From: Scyliorhinus canicula
Lineage: Eukaryota
DNA length: 59,840 bases
Assembly (NCBI RefSeq): GCF_902713615.1
Contig: NW_024055461.1
Span: forward strand, 932,966 to 992,805
Reading direction: 5' to 3'
Below, in pieces: positions 1 through 9,669 of this stretch. The notes below the pieces were generated by a model. The model had not been told where the DNA came from. It searched no databases and saw nothing but the letters and a program-made list of their open reading frames with translations. A program made the translations under genes and the position numbers. The first letter of the stretch is position 1; each line of letters starts with the position of its first letter.

Positions 1-205
1 GCACCGGCTCTTGGAAAAGAGCATCCTACTTAAGACCACACCTCCACCCCATCCCTGTAACATAGCAATCCCATCTAACATGAGGGCAATTTAGCATGGC
101 CACACCTGACCTGCACATCTTTGGACTGTGGGAGGAAACCGGAGCACCCGGAGGAAACCCACGCAGACACGGTGGGAACAGGCAGACTCCGCACAGGCAG
201 TCACA
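1..205 (-). mobile_element. tRNA-derived elasmobranch SINE (HE1-like), partial
   Basis: Core catctttggactgtgggaggaaaccggagcacccggaggaaacccacgcagacac recurs at 2640-2965 and 30769-31124. Confidence 0.8.
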
Positions 206-471
206 CTTTTGTTGTGGTTTCTAGCTGATTTTGGTCTTTTATTTTGACTGGACCACATGCTTGGGGAAAGCAAGAGAGGAAAGAAGGTTTGATAGAAACT
301 AAAATGATCTGTTGTGAATTTCTACCCTGTTCTTCTGGTGATCATTTTTGTAAACTTCTTTTTCAGGCATTAGAACGGGAGGATTGGCAGCTGGGCAACT
401 CGAACCAAATATAATATCAAGATCTGACAGTCACTCAATTCATTAGCATCTAAATATCACAAACTGTCAAT

Positions 472-618
472 GTGTTTGTCTGTTCTGACTGTGGGAAGAG
501 ATTTCAAACATCAGTGTGATTGGAAACGCCCCGAGACACACACACACCTGAGTGAGAGTGTTCCAGTGAACTGACTGTGGAAAGAGCTTTAACCAGTTAC
601 ACAGCCTGAAAAATCATC
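472..618 (+). pseudogene. C2H2 zinc-finger gene relic
   Basis: Translates VFVCSDCGKRFQTSV*... and FQ*TDCGKSFNQLHSLKNH: two CxxCGKxF finger motifs with stops. Confidence 0.75.
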
Positions 619-620
619 TT

Positions 621-745
621 GTTTCCTCTTGTGGGAGAGTCTAGGGCCAGAGGCATAATCTCAGAGGAAGCGGTTCAAATTTAGGACAGAGATGAGAAGA
701 CATTTCTTCCATCAGAGGGTAGTGAATCTGTGATTCTGCCTCTCG
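621..745 (+). mobile_element. CR1 LINE 3' fragment
   Basis: tttaggacagagatgagaagacatttcttccatcagagggtagtgaatctgtg matches the CR1 ORF2 C-terminus seen in other copies in the window. Confidence 0.6.
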
Positions 746-980
746 AGTTCACCATAAAAAGGCAAAGGTAAAGGTGTCTTAACCCGGATGGGCCGCTTGG
801 TGGCGCAGTGGCTCTTTCACTGAGGGGCCTTGAGTTCAGACACATCCCAGACAGGCCTGGTGAGAAATATCTGTCTGGGAAAGGGGAGAGAACTGTATAA
901 TCGGGGAAAAGGAGCGCTGCCGATGGACCTTAGAGAAAGGAGTTCAGATTAGTCTTATTTTCTTCATTTTTCATTCAATA

Positions 981-1021
981 TTTATTAAAATTTCAAAGAA
1001 AATATTACACAAAAGTTTATT
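981..1021 (-). terminator. Candidate polyadenylation signals for membrane IgM mRNA
   Basis: AATAAA on the minus strand at 981-986 and 1016-1021, ~410-440 nt past the TM2 stop. Confidence 0.55.
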
Positions 1022-1423
1022 TTGATGTTTACAAAAGGGAATTTAACGATTGAGGGTCACAGTGAGAACATAACACATGCCCTCTGAGCTGCCAAATGTA
1101 TGTACAAATGTAACAGACACAAGAGAGAACAGGAGCTCAACATAAAGAGAAGGCAAGAGTTGTGAATAAGATCCGAGATAAGTTACTTATTTAGACATGA
1201 CATTGAAAGAATTACTAGCTACAATTACAATACAGCCAAAATTATCTCGTACATTTCAAACTGAAAAGCAGAAATACTGTCCATGATTGTCTCAGTTACA
1301 GATGCAGAATAATAAACTGAGAGAATTTTACTGTGAGAGTCACCAAGAGGAGATATTGTATTTCTGTCACACAGATCATAATAAACAGCTGAGGAAAATC
1401 TACAGCGTCCGAACGTCAACCCA

Positions 1424-1432
1424 TCACTTGAT
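1424..1432 (-). CDS. IGHM: IgM TM2 exon coding part (I-K-stop)
   Basis: Pyrimidine tract tttctctctcttttacag|ATC AAG TGA; a phase-0 join to TM1 gives cytoplasmic tail KIK. Confidence 0.85.
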   Translation of the reverse strand: MK

Positions 1433-1570
1433 CTGTAAAAGAGAGAGAAAATGATGAAGCAGATGTTTATGATCTGGGACATTGATGTTAGAGTTTTTAA
1501 TCAATCAAACATTTAGTGTTCTTAAACGACTTCTGTCAGTTTGATGTGTGAGTGGATTGAATCTTCTCAC

Positions 1571-1698
1571 CTTCACCAGAGTGACTGCAGCGCTGTAGGA
1601 AATGCTCAGGAAGAACAGGGTGATGAATGTGGAAGCGGTTGTCCAGATGTTCCCATTATCATCCTCATCGTCTTCAGTCCAGGTGTGGTCTGTGGTAT
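1571..1698 (-). CDS. IGHM: IgM TM1 exon
   Basis: tag|AT...GTG AAG|gtgaga; (D)TTDHTWTEDDEDDNGNIWTTASTFITLFFLSISYSAAVTLVK, an acidic spacer plus the conserved Ig transmembrane motif. Confidence 0.95.
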
Positions 1699-1789
1699 CT
1701 ACGGGAATAGAGCCGAATAAGTATAATCAGATTGTTTGTTAATAGAGGCTGGTTAATAGAGGCTCCCCTTTCCCAGACAGAGCTAATAA

Positions 1790-1955
1790 TAGCTCACTCA
1801 GCTAAATCACTGGCTTTTCAAGCAGGCCAGCAGCACGGTTCGACTCCTGTACCAGCCTCCCCGGACAGGTGCCGGAATGTGGCGACTAGGGGCTTTTCAC
1901 AGTAACTTCATTGAAGCCCACTCGTGACAATAAGCATTTTAAATTTAATTTAATA
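1790..1955 (+). mobile_element. Short tRNA-derived SINE, second family
   Basis: tagctcactcagctaaa...cacggttcgactcc...gccggaatgtggcgactaggggcttttcacagtaac; related copies at ~36325-36460 and in the tail of ~41590-41870. Confidence 0.7.
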
Positions 1956-2064
1956 CACGTTTTGTTTTTAATATTCCCGTATCATTTTCTCCCGCTGCTA
2001 ATTCATTCTTTAATATATTTTCATTGCATATCTACTGTTGAGTTCATGACACTCGGAAATCGAT

Positions 2065-2238
2065 CTCTAACTTTTTTCTTCCAATTATGGGGCAAGTTAG
2101 CATGGCCAATCCACCTAGCCTGCGCATCATTGGGTTGTCGGGGCAAGACCCATGGGTCACGGGGAACTCCACAGGGACAGAGACCCAGGAGCGGGATCCT
2201 GAGGCAGCAGTGCTAACCATTGCGTCACCGTGCCGCCC
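2065..2238 (-). mobile_element. HE1-like SINE, short subfamily
   Basis: ccaattatggggcaagttagcatggccaatccacc...gcagtgctaacc...caccgtgccgccc, near-identical to copies at 37745, 42118 and 44565. Confidence 0.8.
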
Positions 2239-2239
2239 T

Positions 2240-3560
2240 TGTCTGACGTTTGTGTTTGTTCTTTAGCTTTTGTGTCTGTGTAGATGCGAAATTCGTGTTT
2301 CTTTACTCTTCATTTGTGTGTCGCGATGTCTTTATAAGTGTCATTGTGTGTGTTCATGTGTCAATGAGTATTGATCTGTATATCTGTGTGTCAGCGCCTT
2401 TGTGTAAATTTATCTTAAGTCAATGTTTATATATGAGTGTTTTATTGTGTGTGTTTGTGTGTTGAAATCTATGTTTATATATTAATGCCTGTGCTAATAT
2501 AAGTTTATACTTCCCTGCCCAGTGATAAAAGTGTTAATGTGTCTTTATACGTTCAACATGCATGTCATTGTCTTAATGTTTGTGTCTGGGTAAGTGCGTT
2601 TGTGTGTGTGTTTGTTTGTAGATGCGCGTATTTCATCACAGAATCATCATCGGATAATCCCGACTGTGCCGAACGAGGCTATTCGGCCCATTGAGTCTGC
2701 ACCGACCCTCCGAAAGAGCACCCTACCTGGACGCATGCCCCTGCCCTGTCCCCAGAACCTCGTAACCCCACCTAACGTTGTGGGCACTAAGGGGTAATAG
2801 AGCCTGGCCAATCCACCTAACCTGCACATCTTTGGACTGTGGGAGGTAACCGGAGCAGGCGGAGGAAACAGGAACAGACACTGGAGAACGTGGGAACTCC
2901 ACACAGACAATCACCCAAGGCTGGAATTGAACCCGGGTTTATGGTGCTGTGAGGCAGCAGTGCTATTTATTCGTTGATGGTTGTTTATAACTATCTATTG
3001 ATGTGTATTGATGATTCTATGTGTATTCATTTGTGTTCGTGTTAGCGTGTGTACGAGTCTGCTAATATGTGTCTACGTGTGTCCATAAGTGTGTTAGTGT
3101 GGATTATTGTCTCTAAATGGAAATATTTCTGTCATCGTGAAATTCTGCTAATGTACATGTTATTGGTTACATTTGTGTTTAATATTCTTCTGTCAGTCTG
3201 CTTGTCTGGTTTTATATGTTTGTGGACATGTGGCTGTATGTGTCTGTGTACATTTGTGTAGCCACTTGTGTGTGTGGATTTGTGTGTATATGTGTGGATG
3301 TGCACGTGTGTCTGTCTCTGTATAAATGTGGGCTTGTTTGTGTTTATGTGCATGTTTGTGAATTTTTGCGCACCTTTGCGTGTGTTTTTGTGTCAAAATA
3401 TGTGTGGTTCGTTGTGCCTGGGTGTATGTTTATGCATGTGTTTCTATGTGTGTGTCCATGTGTGTGTTTGTGTCTACGTGTGAGCGTGTGTGTGTTTGTG
3501 GGTCTGTGTGCATGTGTGTGTAGTGTCTGTGTCTGTTTATCTGTCTGTGTATTTGTATCA
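2240..3560. repeat. Degenerate TG-rich simple repeat interrupted by a SINE at ~2640-2965
   Basis: tgtgtgtttgtg-type low complexity; the SINE core is recognisable inside it. Confidence 0.8.
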
Positions 3561-4064
3561 GCTGCCTGTAGCTTTGCCAGTTGTGGGTATTATTGGTACC
3601 GATGTAGAATATGTTGAACTTTCTGCATATAAATGTGTTTTCTGTGAGTTGCAAGCTGACATCAGGTGTCCTAATGCAAAAATACAAGGAGGTGCCTCAG
3701 GAGAGAACAGTGAAAACCCAGCGAGAATTCAAACACCAGTCTGGATTTGGATTCTGGGGAATCGGTCTCAGCATACGGATAAGAGGAACAAGGGTGTTAA
3801 AAATGCTGTTGCATAAATAGATACTTTAAGAACATCTTTATCATGATTGTCTTTTAAAGCCTTCAGCCAGTAAGCTACATGCCGCCTTGTAATGTCAGTA
3901 ACTGAGTTCTTAGTCTAGAGAACCGTTTACTTCCAAACTCCCTGCTTGGGGACTGGGAAGTATTGAGTTAATAATCTCCCTCGCTCTGGTCAGCTCAGCA
4001 AATTGCCTTTGGGTTCTCCCTGCTGGAGGTGGAGATACAGAGAGTTCACTCGTCACCTTCCTCC

Positions 4065-4410
4065 TCTTTTGGTCGGGAAAGTGGAGGTAAAATGGGTTAG
4101 TATTGCCCCTTTGCTCTCTTTGTTGGGGAAGTGTGGGTATAGTGGATTAAATAATGCCGCTCCACTCATTGTTGGAAGAGGGTGCACAGTGGATTAACTC
4201 AGCCCCCACCATCTCTTTGTTGGGGAAGTGAGGGTACAGTGTGTTAACTAATGCCCCTACCCCTCTCTTTGCCTGGGTAGTGGGGGTACACTGTGTTAAC
4301 TAATGCCCCTACCCCTCTCTTTGCCTGGGAAGTGGGGGTACAGTGCATTAAGTAATGCCCCTCTTCCTCTCTTTGTTGGGGAAGTGGGTTACAGTGGATT
4401 AACAATTTCA
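4065..4410. repeat. 52-bp minisatellite, ~6 diverged copies, in the CH4-TM1 intron
   Basis: ctctttgcctggg... recurs at 4265 and 4317 (period 52). Confidence 0.85.
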
Positions 4411-4831
4411 CTTTGCCCTCTCATTGACTGGGCATTGTTGGTCCATGTTTCTGTGTGATCCTCAATTCAGTTCCCAGTGGGTGTGTTACAGCAATTTAAA
4501 GGTGACATTAATTTTAAAGGGGTGGACAATGAGAAAAGCAGGAGCACCGAGATCTAAATGTGATGTGTTTGTTTGTCTGAAATGGGGAATGATCCGATTT
4601 CTCCTCAGCGGGAGGAAAGTCAATGAAGATATTTTGCTGAATCCTGGAATGAATGAGTTTTGCTCTGTCTCTAACCCAGGGTGTATCTGAGCTGGGAGCT
4701 CTGATTGTATCAGACTTGGGGCCGAGACCTGTAGAAATCCGGGTCTCATTGAACAGATCTAATATCAGCAAAGTGGAAGCTCCATTAATTAGGCGGCTGT
4801 ACATTTAAATCACAATTGGAGGAAAACAATC

Positions 4832-4846
4832 TTTATTATTTTTATT
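4832..4846 (-). terminator. Polyadenylation signals for secretory IgM mRNA
   Basis: Two AATAAA on the minus strand (4832-4837, 4841-4846), ~30-40 nt after the secretory stop. Confidence 0.8.
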
Positions 4847-4873
4847 TTAGTTCAAAATATAACCAATAGATTC

Positions 4874-5265
4874 TCATTGACATGAATTAACGGTGTCCAT
4901 CAGAGCGAGGGAAATGTTCACAAAACTGGGTTTACCGCTGGATTTATCAACCGTTCTGTTGATGATCTTCAAGGGGATGGCTTCATGTCCCACCACACAG
5001 GAGTAAGAAGCGCCGCTGGCCCACTCCTCCGCTGCAATGGATAACAGGCTGTACATGAAGAAGGAGCTATTGCCGTTCTCCGCCATCACCTCGGTGTTCT
5101 TGTAGTTCCCGGGATTCACCGGCTTGTCATTGACGGTCCACTTGACGAAGATCTCTCGGGGGGAGAAACCTCTCACTAAGCAGCTGAGGGAGACGAATCT
5201 CTGAGCGGAGACGTCTTCAGCCGAGGGCAGGAGGACAGAGACGGACGGTTCCCGCGGATTGGGAT
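4874..5265 (-). CDS. IGHM: IgM Cmu4 plus secretory tailpiece
   Basis: ctgcag|AT CCC...; (D)[42 protein letters not shown]...[43 protein letters not shown]. Internal TM donor AGC G|GTAAA at 4935; tailpiece has the NIS sequon and a penultimate Cys. Confidence 0.97.
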
Positions 5266-5489
5266 CTGCAGAAAATGTACAATAAATGTCAATAAAATGG
5301 GGAATTCCGGAGACAATGGAACCGCCGGTTAGATGTGGGAGAAATGTGTTTTGTGTTGGATTTTAAAGGTTTCCATTTTCCACTTTAGGATCTGTCCGGG
5401 TTCCCAGCTAGGAGCAGAGGTGGACACAACCTTTTCCCTGAGAATTTACGGATATTGGATTCGAAATTTTCAGAAAGTGTACAGCAGGG

Positions 5490-7030
5490 AAACAGGCCAT
5501 TCGGCCCAACTGTTCTGTGCTGGTGTCTAAACTCCACACCAGGCTCCTCCCACCTTACTCCCAGAGGATTGGGAAACTGCCAATGTAACACCCTTATTCA
5601 AAAGGGAGGGAGACAAAAACAGATAACTACAGTATAGGCCAGTGACCTTAACATTTGTCAGTGGGAAACGGTTTGAGTCCATTATAACGGATCCAATAGC
5701 TGAGCATTTAGAAATACACAATATAATCAAACAGAGTCAGCCCGGCTTCGTGAAGGTGAAATCATGCCTGACAAATGTATTGCCCTTATTTGAGGTGATA
5801 AGGAGAAAGCTAGAAAAAGGGGGGCAGTAGATGTAATATACATAAATTTCAAAACTGTGTTTAATAAATGAATGTACTATTCCCACGGCTGCAGATGACA
5901 AAAATATAAAGGCAAGTGGTGAGGTTACAGAAAATCTAGAGAGGGACAGAGACAGCTTAAGTTACTGAGTAAAAACTTGGCAGATGGAACATAATATTGA
6001 GAAATGTGAGGTGAGACACTTTGGTAGGAGGAGGAACATAACGGAATATTATTTAGCTGGAGAAAGACTGTAGGAAGCTGAGGTAACGGGGGAATTGGGG
6101 GTCCTCGCGCAGAAACCACAAAACGCAAGTTCTGCAGGTAATATGGAGACAAATTGAATGTTGACATTTATTTCAAAGGGAATAGAATATAAACATGTGG
6201 AAGTCGAGCTAAAACTATACAAGGCATTAGTTAGTCTACACCTGATATACTTTGAACAGTTTTGGTGCCCTTATCTAAGGAAGACAGATTGGTTTTGAAG
6301 GCAGTCCAGAGATGGATCACGAGGTTGGTCCCGAGTATGGAGGGATTTTCTTATGGGGAGAGGTTAAGTAGGATGGGCCTGGACTGATTGGAGTTTAGAA
6401 GAATGAAGGCGGCGTAATTGAGACATGAAAGATTCTCAGGGAGCTTCGGACTGTAGTCGCTGTGAGATTGTTTTCCCTTGTGGGAGCATCTCGGACCAGA
6501 GTGCAGGATCACATAGTCAATGTTCGCCCATTTAAGACAGAGATGAGAAGGAATTTCCTCTCTCAGAGCGTCGGGGAGCTGTAGAATTATTTAACCCAGG
6601 GGGCTGTAGATTCTGGGTTGTTCAGTATGTTCAAGGTTGAGAGAGACATATTTTAAACCAATGAGAGATATGGGATTGGATTTTGTTTATTGTCACGTGT
6701 ACCGAGGTACAGTGAAAAGTATTTTTCTGCAAGCAGCTCAACAGATCATTCAGTACATGAAAAGAAAGGGAAATAAAATAAAATACATAACAGGGCAACA
6801 TAAGGTACACAATGTAACTACTTAACACCGGCATCGGGTGAAGCATACAGAGGTGTAGTGTTAATGAGGTCAGTCCGGAAGAGGGTCGTTTAGGTGTCTG
6901 GTAACAGCGGGAGAAGGCGGGAAAGAGGAGTTGAAGATCATCACATCAGATCAGTTATGATCTCATTGAAGGCTGGATCAGTGTTGTTGGGCTGAATGGC
7001 CTACCTCTGCTCCTACGTCTTGTGGCCATT
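5490..7030 (+). mobile_element. Decayed CR1 LINE (RT region and 3' UTR) in the CH3-CH4 intron, interrupted at ~6655-6915 by another retroelement 3' end
   Basis: Fragments resembling NYRPVTLTFVSGK, HGFVKxKSCLTN and the CR1 3' UTR gggctgaatggcctacctctgctcct; many stops and frameshifts. Confidence 0.7.
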
Positions 7031-7248
7031 GGTCTAGCTCCGTCTAAACCCCATATCACTGCTTTTAATTCATTGTTCCTTCATCGACGTAGCAATTTCC
7101 CCCTTAAGATCAACAGGCCCAAATTTTTTAGTCGTGGAATTACCAATCAGAATGGACCATAAATACACTGAATACTAAATACTGACCGCTGCACTGACAC
7201 TAGAAATAGACACAATGACTCACTTATTGCTTCAGTCTCACCGCTCAC

Positions 7249-7557
7249 CTATTTTTTTGTGGATTGAAATTCTTAAAGGAGTTGGCAGGTCCTGATGGCT
7301 CGCCACACAGTCAAACACAGCCCCACTCAGCCAGGCTTGTGTCGAGATGTTTAATTTGCTGACCACGCTCTCAGTATCTGCCCCAGGCTGGTCGGCAATC
7401 TCTGATTTCAGCGGCTTCTTCGCTTCACTCCAGGACACGTTGACTCCATAAGGACCATTCGAAATGACGCAGGTTAAGGTGACAGTCGCCTCCAGTAAGA
7501 CCTGTTCTATTGGTGGTGGCAGTATTGTTACTGAGGCGGTAATGCAATCGGAAGGAT
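7249..7557 (-). CDS. IGHM: IgM Cmu3 exon
   Basis: cacag|AT...ATA G|gtgag; (D)[29 protein letters not shown]...W...[22 protein letters not shown], a C1-set Ig fold. Confidence 0.96.
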
Positions 7558-8187
7558 CTGTGAATGAAAACATGAAAATCAACACAAGTTTCATCTTCAG
7601 AATCAGGACAGAAGGATTCAGCCTTCACTCACTCAATGGGAATAAATCAACTTCGAAACTTCTAATGATCACCATTAATCTTCTGTACACGATGGAAAAC
7701 CAGTTTGGTCATCTTAAACGATTCTCATTGTGAAATACAGTCAGCAACAATGGCATTCTAATGAACGAGTATTGCAGCATTCCCAATACAAATATTCCAA
7801 TCCTGATCTCGGAAACCTAATACGGAAGGCTGATTTATAAATAGGTTGAATTAACTTTCCAACAATTTTCCTTGGAGCTGTTATCAATAAAGGGGTTCAG
7901 ACACCCACTGCCTCTCAAATATAATCAGCTGTCTCAGGATAAGGCTGATATCAAATCCACCTCACTCACTAAATGACTTCAAATTAGAGGGAAACATTTA
8001 TTTCTCTGCTGATCAAATCCTGAATGGTGAGCAATCCTAATGCAGCTCTTACATCAGAATGAAACACAAACTACATGGCAATAAATTAGAATTATTCTGT
8101 GCTTTGTCCTGATTTTAATAAATTCCTGATTTGGATTAACATCAGAGTGCAGGATGATTTATTGTTTCCCCTGTTTGTGTCTCTTAC

Positions 8188-8499
8188 CAGACGCGGTGAT
8201 GTTGTGACTTTGGGTGACCTCTTGATGAGTGACCTGGCAGGTATAGACCGCTTTGCTGAACCATTCCCCAGCGGAGACTGTCAGCCGACTGCTCGCCGAG
8301 AAGTTCCCGTTCACTTCACAGGCGGGAGAGGTGACAATTCCTGAAGCCATGGGTTGTCCATTCTTCAGCCATTTCACCGTGATTGAATTTCGAAGGAAAT
8401 CGTTGATTGAACAGACGATGGTTGCAAATTTCTTGCTTGAGATTTCTTCACTGGAACTCACGGTGAGGAGAACATTTGGATGGATGTCAGGTGGAAGAC
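8188..8499 (-). CDS. IGHM: IgM Cmu2 exon
   Basis: gaag|GT CTT...TCT G|gtaag; (C)[29 protein letters not shown]...KW...[19 protein letters not shown]. Confidence 0.96.
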
Positions 8500-8698
8500 C
8501 TTCAAGAAACACAAGTTAGACATGTCATGAAGAAGATGTTGTGACGAATAAAATGTTTAATTATATTTTAACAGTTTCTCTGTGATCACTATTTCTCGTA
8601 GGAATCAGAACTGTGCAGAGAACCATCAATGTGTTATGACCAAAGATTTAAATAAAGTAATCAAAGCGTCTGTTTCTCACAGTTTCTACAACACTTAC

Positions 8699-8995
8699 AT
8701 GTCATTTCAATACTCTTGTCTGAGCCGCTGTGTCGAACCTCACAGCTGATTTCGCTGCATCCCCCCTCTGACTCTGTGATGGTTAACTGGCTGCTCAGGG
8801 TGTAGGTTCCCTTCTTGTTTCTCACTGACGGGTATTCCTTAACTCCAGTGCTGATCAGCTGCCCATCTTTCTTCCAGGTAAGGCTGGTGATTTCTGGGGA
8901 GTAGTCCATCGCCAAACAGCCGTAGGTGACGGAGCCGTCGGTGTTGTGTTGCTGACAGGAGACCAGGCTGTAGAGAGTGGGCGGAGACGGTGTCG
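8699..8995 (-). CDS. IGHM: IgM Cmu1 exon
   Basis: cccag|CG ACA...ACA T|gtaagt; (A)[42 protein letters not shown]...[17 protein letters not shown]. Confidence 0.96.
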
Positions 8996-9669
8996 CTGGG
9001 AGAGGATGGCCAATTGAACAAGTTAGACTCTGGGATTTGTCATTAAGGTATCATACAACTTAGAATTTGGATAAAGTTACAAATTTATCATAAACCGTTC
9101 GCATTAAAACTGCATCCATACTTGAGCTTCTGTTACTTCTAACTTTTGAGAATCACCATTTGTTTATTCCCTCTTTAGAAACTCACATCTCTTTCTCCAT
9201 TTCTAACACCTTGCAGAAATTAGCATTATGGTGTCATCTGAAAATGTACCATTCATTCCTTTCAATGAGCAGAGCGGAGGGTTTCCCCCATTATTTATGA
9301 CACCAATGTTTTTTCCACCAACAGCACTTTGTGAGAAAGAAGTTGTCTCTTCATTTCGGTCATTGCTGTTTGGAAATTGCCTGTGTTCAAACTGACTGAT
9401 GTCCCCCCTCTCTCCACCTCACTACCCCCACTCCCCAAAACAAGGAGTCGTGACTTTGCTTCAGAAAAATCATCCAGGTATTTACATAATGACTATAAAA
9501 TTCTACGTTTGAGCACATGTGCAAGTAACTCCAAAATTCTCCAATTACAGGACCCTGGACATTAAAAGCGGGATGCGGCCATTCGGTCCCTCAGGTCTCC
9601 TGCACCATTCAATATGATTATGGCGGAGCAGTTTGTGGGATGGACTCCGCATTCCATGTATCCGTGATA

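Noticed and set aside
2250-3816. Cys/Val-rich and His/Thr-rich ORFs
   Set aside because: Translations of TG microsatellite; the same applies to 16983-17595 and 19321-21017.
4185-4295. Perfect heptamers CACAGTG (4185) and CACTGTG (4289) in the 52-bp minisatellite
   Set aside because: No nonamer at 12 or 23 nt from either.
4890-5265. CpG-rich Cmu4 exon as a CpG island
   Set aside because: About 23 CpG in 375 bp versus about 12 in 309 bp for Cmu3; short and explicable by coding content.
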